64,000 bases of DNA from Octopus vulgaris (taxonomy: Eukaryota): contig OX597842.1 in NCBI GenBank assembly GCA_951406725.2, forward strand, positions 22,258,001 to 22,322,000. Reading direction: 5' to 3'. Each line of letters starts with the position of its first letter. Within the stretch, counting starts at the first letter, position 1. This document shows, piece after piece, positions 12,146-23,583 of the stretch. The notes under the pieces were generated by a model. It had not been told where the DNA came from. It did no database searches and worked only from the letters and a program-made list of their open reading frames with translations. A program made the position numbers and the translations under genes.

Positions 12146-13404
12146 AATCTTCCTTTTCTTACCACAAATATACACGAGTTTGCTTCTCTTTATGTTTGTA
12201 TTTCTCAACAAATATTACAAACGTTATATTTCCATCAACTGTGATCTTTGCTGATTATCTCAAGTTGCTGCAAACTCCTTTGCAATCCAATATTTATTAA
12301 AATGCAAAGTGATCTTGTCAAGTTTTCAGGAATTGAACAAGACAAACAGTGATATTCATCTTAGATCTGAAGAAATATTTATCAGAAATTCTACCAAAGA
12401 TTTATGTAACAGGGTTTATACATCCATTCTGTGGAACATTTTCCTTTAGTTTTGAAAAGATGATCAATATTGATGGTGTACCTGAAGTAACCAATGCTTT
12501 GCTGTTTCTGGCATTCTGAAAGAATTGAAAAAGAAGAATGTAAGACATAAAAGTTATGTAAAAAGTAGGGATACAACAGGGGAAATTATACAATTGAACC
12601 AGCCAGGATCCCTAGTCTGGTGGTACGTAAAAAGTACTATCCGACTCGTGGCCGATGCCAGCGCCGCCTCGACTGGCACATAAAATACACCAATCCGACC
12701 GTGGCCGTTGCCAGCCTCGCCTGGCACCTGTGCAGGTGGCACGTAAAAAGCACCCACTACACTCACGGAGTGGTTGGCGTTAGGAAGGGCATCCAGCTGT
12801 AGAAACATTGCCAGATAAGACTGGAGCCTGGTGCAGCCTTCTGGCTTCCCAGATCCCCGGTCGAACCGTCCAACCCATGCTAGCATGGAGAACGGACGTT
12901 AAACGATGATGATGATGATGATGATGAAGAAAGAATAACTATAGATGTAAGCATTTCACTAGAATGTTTGAAATTATCAATATTTCTTTCTGTGGAGGCA
13001 CATAGCCTAGTGGTTAGAGCAGCAGACTCGCGGTTGAGGGATCGCGGGTTTGAATCTCAGACTGGGCGATGTGTGTGTTTATGAGCGAAACACCTAGAAT
13101 AACCCGATAGAATAAGTACTGGGCTTACAAAGAATAAGTGGGATCGATTTGCTCGACTAAAAGGCGGTGCTCCAGCATGGCCAGTCAAAATGACTGAAAC
13201 AAGTAAAAGAGTATATATATGGCTGTGCTCCAGCATGACCAAAGTCATTGGATTGAAACATATAAGAGAATATGAATACACACATACACACATTATCTTT
13301 CATAGACACATGCGCACACCTCTGTCACTTTCCACCGACTTCAAAGCAGATGTCCCCTTCTGTGGCAGACCTGAGTCCATAAGCAAAATAATATATATCA
13401 GATA

Positions 13405-13416
13405 TCTTACCTGTTA
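13405..13416 (-). promoter_or_regulatory. Candidate splice donor of a non-coding first exon of ZNF-A
   Basis: Minus-strand CAG|GTAAGA in unique non-repeat sequence upstream of the ZNF-A acceptor. Confidence 0.35.
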
Positions 13417-14671
13417 ATTGCTATATAATCAGTGTTTTCAGTGAAACATCTTTAATTACTTTAATTACACCAAATGTCCGTCCCACAACACGGCAATGCA
13501 AGCAAGATCACAGAAATCATAAAAAAATTGACTCGGAAACACAAAACACCGAAATGTAGTTACTTTCTTGGTCTATACGCTGCTAGATGAATTTATGTAT
13601 TATTTAAAAACAAAAACAAAACACTTATATGAATCATAGAAACACACAGTTAATTGTTGCGGGAATGTCTTAAGTTTTACTTGAAATGTAAGAATTAGGG
13701 AATTCTGAAATTTTCTATAATTGCTAATCATAATAGTCTTTCAAAAGTTGCATACAAATTTTGCCCTCACGAGTGGTATGATACTGTAGAGGAATGAGGT
13801 ATGGTCTAGCTACAAATGTTTTTTGAGGATAAAATAAGTATCATTCCTACTTTGAATGTATTTCTCGAAAATAAATATATAAAGAAATAACGTGCCGGGT
13901 TCTTTTTTTTTTTTTTTTTTTGCACGTTTCGTTTTCTCCGCTTCGTTTTTTTTTTATAACATTCTTCACTCAATGAAATGAAGGACCAAAGACTCGGAGA
14001 CGAGAAAGAAAAATTGAAAATTTACGGAAAAATACAAGTAAATATTTTTATCTAATTGTGGATAATTAAATACTGATTTGATGAATTAATTTGATTGTAT
14101 AATATAGTTAATATTAAATATGTCGCCTTTACAATGTTCACTGAAGTAATGAGTGAATTACGATTTCATTAAATAATAATAATAATAATAATAATAATAA
14201 TTGTGTACAGTGCTCAGGTGCACTACAACTCATCTAAAGTGTATAAATAATCAGGTGTAGTTTCGGCGGATTTCGGAAAGCATGAGGGCCTTAAAGGATG
14301 CAGTGTCATGGCAGTCAACAACTGATGCAGGCAGTTTATTCCACGCTTCAGCAACCCTGGCGATCTTTGCCTAATTAATTGTATAATTGGCGATCTTTGC
14401 CTAATTAATTGTATAATTGGAATTTAGTCTTGCTGAGTTATTGCATTGCTCATTTGTAACCGCTGTGGCTTTCATGCATCGACATACAAGCCACCGAATT
14501 GCTCTCTTAGTTCTGTTGTTCGTTGTTAGGAATTGTGTAGTTCTGGGGTTCTGTCTGAATTATGATATTACTGAAGCTACGAAAGATGCAACATAGTGAG
14601 GGATGTCTTCAGGTTGCAGAGTGTTGTGTCTTAAGTCTATGAAACTGTACATAATGCATATAAAGTATATA

Positions 14672-15099
14672 GGCAATCTTTCGTCTCTAGTAGACCTTTC
14701 CGTCGATTTCCGTAAAAAAAATTTTTTTTGTTTACATATGGGCTTGCGGCAACTTTTGAAGTAATGAGAGCGAAAGAGACTAAGAGAAAGCGATTGTATG
14801 ACGAGGGAAGTTCTTTTGAAGTTACCGTGCATGGCAAGCATTGATGTACATGTGTGTGTGTGTGTTTGATGGGTGGGTGGGAGACAGACAGTATGTTGTG
14901 TAAGTGAAGTGCTTCTGTTAGTGTGTGTGAAGAGACAGAGAGAGTAATGTGTGAAAGAGAGAGATAACTGAAATTTTTTACTCGGTGTATTTGTATATGT
15001 ATGTATATTACTTCAAAAGTTCCCGCAAGCCCATATGTAAAAAAAAAAAAAATTTTTACGGAAATTGACGGAATGGTCTACTAGAGACGAAAGATCGCC
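14672..15099. mobile_element. MITE with ~95-bp TIRs (copy 1)
   Basis: GGCAATCTTTCGTCTCTAGTAGACC... / ...GGTCTACTAGAGACGAAAGATCGCC. A near-identical copy lies at 42840-43262. Confidence 0.85.
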
Positions 15100-15370
15100 A
15101 GTATATATGTATAAAGTGCATTAAGTGATCATTGTATTCTAATTTCTTTCACTTTTCAATGATCAACAGATGAGTGACTATCTTTCTATACAGACAGAAG
15201 AAATGCCACTAAGCATTTTGCCTGATACGCTAGCAATTCTGTTAGTTTGCCACCACCACCACAATAATAATAATAAATAGCAGTACCAGGCAGTGGCTCT
15301 CATGGCTTCTGATCTTAACTGATTGGAAGTGTTATCATGTACATTGTTTTGTCTTGGTATTAAAAGATGG

Positions 15371-15753
15371 GGAGGCGCAATGGCCCAGTGGTTAGGGCAG
15401 CGGACTCGCGGTCATAGGATTGCGGTTTCGATTCCCAGACCGGACGTTGTGAGTGTTTATTGAGCGAAAACACCTAAAGCTCCACGATGCTCCGGCAGGG
15501 GATGGTGCTGATCCCTGCTGTACTCTTTCACCACAACTCTCTCTCACTCTTACTTCCTGTTTCTGTTGTACCTGTATTTCAAAGGGCCGGCCTTGTCACT
15601 CTCTGTGTCACGCTGAATATCCCTGAGAACTACGTTAAGGGTACACGTGTCTGTGGAGTGCTCAGCCACTTACACGTTAATTTCACGAGCAGGCTGTTCC
15701 GTTGATTCGGATCAACCGGAACCCTCATCGTCGTAACCGACGGAGTGCTTCCA
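15371..15753 (+). mobile_element. Full-length tRNA-derived SINE with a target-site duplication
   Basis: A box TGGCCCAGTGG and B-box-like GGTTTCGATTCC, with AAAAGATGGG on both flanks. Related copies lie at 24479-24834, 27078-27360 and 32043-32205. Confidence 0.8.
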
Positions 15754-16939
15754 TCCATATAAAAAGATGGGCCACAGCAAATATTCTGCTCAATACCACA
15801 GATTTGCTTTGGAAACATGAGTGTCTCATTCAACATCCTTAAGCAACCCCTATTCAGGGACCTTTTGAATGAAATGGGCTACTCAACCTGAAGAAAATTC
15901 TAACTGGGCCCCACCTGCGAGGTCATGCATTGTTTATCTTGATATGAGATCACCATGTCATGCACATATGGTTGTGATGCATGTGCCTGGTGTACCTTTA
16001 TCAGACAGGTAGTCATGATGGGTATACTTGGCTTCATATATTTGTACCCCATGCGTTGTTCTCTCACTCAGTAATAATAATAATAATAATAATAATAACC
16101 CTTTCTACTATAGGCACAAGGCCTGAAATTTGGGGGAAGGGGTTATGTTGATTACATCAACCCCTGTACTCAACTAGTACTTAATTTATTGACCCCAAAA
16201 GGATGAAAGGCAAAGTCGACCTTGGCGGAATTTGAACTCAGAATGTAGTGATAGGCGAAATACCGCTAAGCTATTTCTTTACTACGCACAAGGGGCTAAA
16301 CACAGAGGGGACAAACAAGGACAGACAAAGGGATTAAGTCGATTCCAGTTTTAGACGCAGCAAATGATTTTAGCTCAAAAGAGAGCATAGGATTGGTTAA
16401 AATTCGAAAAATTAAACTACGTTAAACAAACAAATTACAATTTTCTCAAGAAAGCCAAGTGAAAAAAATGTTTTATTTTGACACATTCTACCAGTATACG
16501 AAGTTTAAAAGTGTTTAGTTAACTAGAAATTGTGTTGAAATCTGGCCTTCAAAGGGAAAAGATCCAATAATTTTTGTTAAACCAAGTAAATAACACAAAA
16601 ACACATAGTAAAGATCGACTAGTCATGACTAGCTAGCGCGCATACTGGGACCACTGTTTGCTAGTAGTACCCTTTATGCCCTTATTTTTATAAGCATGAA
16701 TGTACTCCCTTCTTATTTATTTATGGTTTCAACCTGAAATAGTATCTTCTTCCACTCGTCTTTCACCGTATTTATTTCCGGTACTTTCTCCGGGGAATGC
16801 CGAGAATTAAAAATTTTTGTTCCCGACCGTTTTTTGTTTTACTCATCTAATATTAGTATTAGGGGTGATAGACTATTAAGGAAGTTTTTTATTTTTATTT
16901 TAAAAATATTCTTACCCATTATTGGCATTCTTTCGATAT

Positions 16940-17390
16940 AATAATAATAATAATAATAATAATGAAATTATTGTATACAGTGCTCAGGTGCCCCCACAAC
17001 TTGTCAAAAGTGCGTATAAAGCATATGCAGTAATGTACAAATGTCTGGGAAGCGAACAATGTATGAGTTAGATACATGCTTGTGTGTGTATGGAGGGGAG
17101 AAAATCAGGTGTAGTGTTGGCGAATCTCAGAAAGCATGGAAGTTTTGAAGGATGCCGTGCTCCGACAATTAACAACTGATGCCGGCAGTTTGTTCCATGC
17201 TTCAGCAACTCTCAGCGTGAAAAAATGTTTCCGAAAGTCATGGGAGTTGTGCTTTTTTCCTGACTTTGTAAATATGTCCACGGGTATTAGATGGGTGGAG
17301 TTTGAAGAGGTGCTCAAAGTTATTGTTTGTGCGATGGTTGATAATTTTATGGGTATCTGCCAAGTCAGCTGCCAGACATCGGAGTTTCAA
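16940..17390 (-). mobile_element. CR1/L2-like LINE 3' end
   Basis: KHFFTLRVAEAWNKLPASVV...FKT is the typical C-terminus of CR1-group ORF2. The 3'UTR ends in (ATT)n. Another copy lies at 14170-14357. Confidence 0.75.
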
Positions 17391-17580
17391 TATGTCTATG
17401 CCCATAACTCGACGAAATCAAAACGTTTCACTTCGGGTATTTCCCTGGAAGCAAATGACAGTTCGATTCTGTTTTCTGCTTGGAAATTTGCAGATTTTAC
17501 ATACACATATGAAACAGGTTAAGAACAAATATGCAAGGCTATATATATATGCACATGCATATGTGTGTGTGTATATATAC

Positions 17581-17780
17581 TCTTTTACTCTTTTACTTGT
17601 TTCAGTCATTTTACTGCGGCCATGCTGGAGCACCGCCTTTAGTCGAGCAAATCGACCCCGGGACTTATTCTTTGTAAGCCCACTACTTATTCTATCGGTC
17701 TCTTTTGCCGAACCGCTAAGTGACGGGGACGTAAACACACCAGCATCGGTTGTCAAGCAATGCTAGGGGGACAAACACAG

Positions 17781-17821
<41 letters not shown>

Positions 17822-17980
17822 CGACAGGCTTCTTTCAGTTTCCGTCTACCAAATCCGCTCACAAGGCATTGGTCGGCCCAGGGGCCATAGCAGAAGACAC
17901 TTGCCCAAGATGCCACGCAGTGGGACTGAACCCGGAACTATGTGGTTGGTTAGCAAGCTACTTACCACACAGCCACTCCT
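17581..17980 (-). mobile_element. Abundant tRNA-derived CORE-like SINE (representative copy)
   Basis: Head GGAGTGGCTGTGTGGTAAG...GGTTCAGTCCC, internal (TG)n and AAAGAGT tail. Many more copies occur, e.g. 8160, 23372, 31227, 33250, 35394, 36063, 54609, 58434 and 63330. Confidence 0.85.
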
Positions 17981-19203
17981 CCTCCTCCTCATCATCATCG
18001 TTTAGCGTCCGCTTTCCATGCTGGCATGGGTTGGATGATGCAACTGGGGTCTGGGAAGCCAGAAGGCTGCGCCAGGCCCAGTCTGATCTGGCAATGTTTC
18101 TACGGCTGGATGCCCTTCTTAACGCCAACCACTCCATGGGTGTAGTGGGTGCTTTTTACATGCCACCGGCACAGGTGCCAGGCGAGGCTGGCAAACGGCC
18201 ACGGTCGGATGGTTCTTTTTACGTGCCACCGACACGGAGGCCAGGCGAGGCTGGCGAACGGCCACGATCAGATGGTGCTTTTTACATGCCACATATATAT
18301 ATGTGTATACACACACACACACACACACACATATGCGACAGACTTCTTTCAGTTTTGGTCTACCAAATCCACTCTCATTCTGGTTGTTCTGGGTCTAATG
18401 TAGACAACACTTACACAAGGTGCCATGCAGTGTGACTGAACCTGAAACCACTTGACCAGAAAGGGAACTTCTTAACCACATAACCATTTCTGTGTCTCTA
18501 TTATTGTTATAGAAAAGTAATATAATGTCCACTGTTGTGTCTCTGCTGTTTTAAGTATCTTTTATATCTTACCATTTTCTTTCTCTTTTATTTCAGAATA
18601 TCAGATGACATTGGCATAATGATCATTTCTCCATCAGGCCCTTCATCGATATTGAATTGTCTTTTAAAAGACTAAAGGAACATTTTATACAGAACAGATG
18701 ATATAATACTGTTTCCATAAATCTGTGGTGAATTCCCTCTCTCTCTCTCTTTTGGAGAGGCACTGAGCACATATACACACACGGCAGTAACTTCCGCCTA
18801 CCAAATTCAATCACAAAGCTTCGGTCGACTCGGGGCTATAGCGGAAGACACCTGTCCAAAGTGCCACACAGTGGGACTGAACCCGAAACCATGTAGCTAG
18901 GAAGCAAGCTCCCTAACTACACAGCCATGCCCATTGTGGAAAATTTCATATGAACTGGGGTGAACAGCTGTATTTCTCTACTTTACTCTCTGGATTGTGT
19001 GCAAGATGGATTTGTGCAGCAAATAAATTCAAGGAAGTTTACAAAGGAGTTTTGCAGTTTTTCAGATATCAGTGATGATCGCTGTTGATGGAATATATAA
19101 CGGAGGGAAATATTTGTAATTGATATACTATCAGAGCAAACACGAGAAAGCTATGTGTATACTGAGATGAGAGAAGAAAGACTGCGGAAAATTAATTAAT
19201 TTT

Positions 19204-20610
19204 CACTACACCTGATTTTCTCCCCTCCATACACACGCAAGCATGTATCTGACTCATACGCTGTTCACTTCCCAGACATTTGTACATTACTGCATATACT
19301 TTATACGCACTTTCCGACAAGTTGTGGTGCACCTGAGCACTGTTTGCAATAATTTAATTATTATTATTATACACAGACACACACACACATATATACATCT
19401 GCAATCATATATGCTTTATACGCACTTTTGACAAGTTGTGGTGCACCTGAGTACTGTATACAATAATTTAATTATTACTATTATACACACACACACACAC
19501 ACGTATATACATCTGCAATCATATATGCTTTATACGCACTTTTGACAAGTTGTGGTGCACCTGAGTACTGTATACAATAATTTAATTATTATTATTATAC
19601 ACACACACACACACATATATACATCTGCAATCATATATGCTTTATACGCACTTTTGACAAGTTGTGGTGCACCTGAGCACTGTATACAATAATTTAATTA
19701 TTATTATTATACACACACACACACATATATACATCTGCAATCATATATGCTTTATACGCACTTTTGACAAGTTGTGGTGCACCTGAGCACTGTATACAAT
19801 AATTTAATTATTATTATTATACACACACACACACACACATATATACATCTGCAATCATATATACTTTATACGCACTTTTGACAAGTTGTGGTGCACCTGA
19901 GCACTGTTTGCAATAATTTAATTATTATTATTATACACACACACACACACACATATATACATCTGCAATCATATATGCTTTATACGCACTTTTGACAAGT
20001 TGTGGTGCACCTGAGTACTGTATACAATAATTTAATTATTATTATTATACACACACACACACACACATATATACATCTGCAATCATATATGCTTTATACG
20101 CACTTTTGACAAGTTGTGGTGCACCTGAGTACTGTATACAATAATTTAATTATTATTATTATACACACACACACACACATATATACATCTGCAATCATAT
20201 ATGCTTTATACGCACTTTTGACAAGTTGTGGTGCACCTGAGCACTGTATACAATAATTTAATTATTATTATTATACACACACACACACACCTATATACAT
20301 CTGCAATCATATATGCTTTATACGCACTTTTGACAAGTTGTGGTGCACCTGAGCACTGTATACAATAATTTAATTATTATTATTATACACACACACACAC
20401 ACCTATATACATCTGCAATCATATATGCTTTATACGCACTTTTGACAAGTTGTGGTGCACCTGAGCACTGTATACAATAATTTTATTATTATCATTATAT
20501 ATACACACACACACACATATATATACATCTGCATTCATATATGCTTTATACGCACTTTTGACAAGTTGTGTTGCACCTGAGCACTGTATACAATAATTTC
20601 ATTATTATTA
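19204..20610 (+). repeat. Satellite of 12 units (110-116 bp) derived from the CR1/L2-like LINE 3' tail
   Basis: GCACCTGAG recurs at 19329, 19443, 19557, 19669, 19779, 19893, 20007, 20121, 20233, 20345, 20457 and 20573. The first unit aligns with the reverse complement of 16940-17115. Confidence 0.9.
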
Positions 20611-20635
20611 AAAAGGGTTAATTTCAGATGAAGAG

Positions 20636-21835
20636 ATGCTGAAAGTGATAGAAAAATCACCATATGTCTGTGACATTTGTAATAAGTCTTTCGCTCACAA
20701 AGGGAACTTAATTACTCATAAGCGTATTCATACAGGTGAGAAGCCATATCGCTGTGATATCTGTGGTAAATCATTCTCTCGGAGTAATATACTGGCCACA
20801 CACAAACAGATTCATACTGGAGAGAAGCCATTTCGTTGTGATATTTGTGATAAATCGTTCTCTCAAAATGTTAATCTTAGTACTCACAAACGAATTCATA
20901 CAGGTGAGAAACCATATCAGTGTGATATTTGCGGGGAATCATTTGCACGGAGTGATATATTGATCACTCACAAACAGATCCATACAGGTGAAAAGCCATA
21001 TCGCTGTGATATCTGTGGTAAATTATTCTCTCGGGGTGATATACTGACCACACACAAACGTACCCATACAGGTGAGAAGCCATATCACTGTGATATCTGT
21101 GATAAATCATTCTCTCAAAGTGCTAATCTCAATACTCACAAACGAATTCATACAGGTGAGAAGCCATACCAGTGTGATATTTGTGGCGAATCATTTTCCC
21201 AGAACCATCACTTGAGATATCACAAATATATTCATACAGGAGAAAAACTAAATCACTGTGACATCTGTGGTAAATCTTTTTCTCTAAAGCATCATTTAAC
21301 TAAACACAAGCTTTGTCATACTGGGGAGAGACCCTATCGCTGTGATATCTGTGGTAAATCATTCACTGAAAATGGTGTTTTAACTAAGCACAAACGCATT
21401 CATACAGGGGAGAAACCATATCACTGTGATATCTGTGGGGATTCGTTCTCTCAGAATAGTTTTTTAATTAGACACAGACGTATACACACTGGAGGCAAAC
21501 CATTTCATTGTGATATTTGTGGCAAATCATTCTCTGAAATTGCTTACTTAACAAAACACAAACGTGTTCACACAGGGGAGAAGCCATACCAATGCAATGT
21601 CTGCAGTAAATCGTTCTTTCAAAGTAATCACTTGATTGCTCACAAACGTATTCATACGGGAGAGAAACCATATCACTGTGATATCTGTGGCAAATCATTC
21701 TCGGACAACGGTGGCTTAAGTAGGCACCAGCGAGTTCATACAGGAGAGCGACCATATTATTGCAATATCTGTGGTAAATCATTCTCTCAGAGTTGTAACT
21801 TAACTACCCACAAGACTATTCATACAGGAGAGTAA
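20636..21835 (+). CDS. ZNF-B: C2H2 zinc-finger protein, 399 aa, 14 fingers, N-terminal leader truncated
   Basis: 14 canonical fingers. Predicted acceptor tttcag at 18596. The start is uncertain because the satellite interrupts the leader. Confidence 0.85.
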   Translation: MLKVIEKSPYVCDICNKSFAHKGNLITHKRIHTGEKPYRCDICGKSFSRSNILATHKQIHTGEKPFRCDICDKSFSQNVNLSTHKRIHTGEKPYQCDICGESFARSDILITHKQIHTGEKPYRCDICGKLFSRGDILTTHKRTHTGEKPYHCDICDKSFSQSANLNTHKRIHTGEKPYQCDICGESFSQNHHLRYHKYIHTGEKLNHCDICGKSFSLKHHLTKHKLCHTGERPYRCDICGKSFTENGVLTKHKRIHTGEKPYHCDICGDSFSQNSFLIRHRRIHTGGKPFHCDICGKSFSEIAYLTKHKRVHTGEKPYQCNVCSKSFFQSNHLIAHKRIHTGEKPYHCDICGKSFSDNGGLSRHQRVHTGERPYYCNICGKSFSQSCNLTTHKTIHTGE

Positions 21836-21930
21836 TCATATCACTGTGATATCTCTGCTAAATCATTCTCTGAAACTGGCTCTTAACCAAATATAAGTAT
21901 GTTCATACAGAAGCCGTATGATTGAGATCA

Positions 21931-22370
21931 TGCAATCATACAGAAGAGAGGCCATATCATTGTGATATCTGTGGTAAATCATTCTCTTGAAGATCTCATT
22001 TGATAACCCTTAACCGCAATCATGCAGGGGAGAGGCCATATCATTGTGATATCTGTGGTAAATCATTCTCTTGAAGTCATTTGATAACCCTTAAATGCAA
22101 TCATACAGAAGAGAGGCCATATCATTGTGATATCTGTGGTAAATCATTCTCTTGAAGATCTCATTTGATAACCCTTAAATGCAATCATACAGAAGAGAGG
22201 CCATATCATTGTGATATCTGTGGTAAATCATTCTCATGAAGTCCTCATTTGATAACCCTTAAATGCAATCAAACAGAAGAGAAGCCATATCATTGTGATA
22301 TCTGTGGTAAATCATTCTCTTGAAGTCATCATTTGATAACCCTTAAATGCAATCATAGAGGAGAGAAACC
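21931..22370 (+). repeat. Five 81-84-bp copies of a stop-containing dead zinc finger
   Basis: The unit translates approximately [27 protein letters not shown] and lies downstream of the ZNF-B stop. Confidence 0.9.
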
Positions 22371-23533
22371 ATATCATTGTAATATCTTTGGTAAATCATT
22401 CTCTCAAAATGGTGATTTAACTCCTCGCAAATGTATTCAAACAGAGAAACTGTAACGGTGCAATATATCTGTAGTAAATCATTCTCACAAAATATTTACA
22501 TACAAGAATGGAATTGTATCACTGCTATGTTTGTAGTAAATCATAATCTGAATAAATGTTACTTAACAAAGCATATATCTTTACAATAACTGTGACAATG
22601 GCTAGATTCCGTTTCTGGTAAACACAAGTGTGCTTCTGTGTTTTTTGTTGAGAAAATTGTTTCCATTTTCTTTACTTTCACTTTAGTATTACTGGTAATT
22701 TGATGAACCCTTTTGTTACTCTTTTACTTGTTTCAGTCATTTGACTGCGGCCATGCTGGAGCACCGCCTTTAGTCGAATCAAATCGACCCCAGGACTTAT
22801 TCTTTGCAAGCCCAAAACTTATTCTATCGGTTTCTCTTGCCGAACTGCTAAGACACAGGGACCTAAACACACCAGCATCGGTTCTCAAACAATGTTGGGG
22901 GGGGGGGGGACAAACACAGATACACAAACCCCTAATAACACTTGTTTTTTTTGGAATTTTCAGAAAATTTTTACAAATTAGTTCTACACACGGGAATTCA
23001 TAAGATTATGCAAAAAGAATAAATAAATAAAAGACTGTGATTTAGTTGTTATTTTTTGTGACCACCTGATACAGTCCTCGTTTCTTTGAGATCCTGATAT
23101 GTATTGATGTATTTCAATATTTTCTTTGGTGTTAGTATTGTAAGCAAATGGGTTTTGTGCCTACATCCAAAATTCAAGATTCATCATAGAATGGGAAGTC
23201 TATTGCCATCAGAAAATAAGGATTCTCAAAATTTGCAAGTATATTTCATCAGGGGACAAAGAAATCAGATGTAACTTTAACCAAGGGGTTAGATGAGATA
23301 CAACCATGAATCTACAAAAGATGTAGCATGTCAACAATGCATGCATTTTCCAATTGAAAAGATGCTGATTTACTCTTTTACTTGTTTCAGTCATTTGACT
23401 GTGGCCATGCTGGAGCACCACCTTTAGTCGAGCAAATCGACCCCAGGACTTATTCTATCGGTCTCTTTTGCCGAACTGCTAAGTTATGGGGACATAAACA
23501 CCAGTATCAGTTGTCAAGTGATGTTGGGGGACA

Positions 23534-23583
<50 letters not shown>

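Noticed and set aside
15371-15445. tRNA-like sequences at SINE heads (also 9237, 12994, 24770, 32140)
   Set aside because: They continue into SINE bodies and lack a complete cloverleaf and terminator.
17869-18435. Recurrent ORFs such as ARGYSRRHLPK / RPRKDERQSRPR / LDALPNANHS
   Set aside because: They are translations of SINE/retroposon consensus sequences repeated throughout the window.
19290-20610. Regular repeat array resembling a CRISPR
   Set aside because: There are no unique spacers. Units differ only in microsatellite length, derive from a LINE tail and sit in a eukaryotic context.
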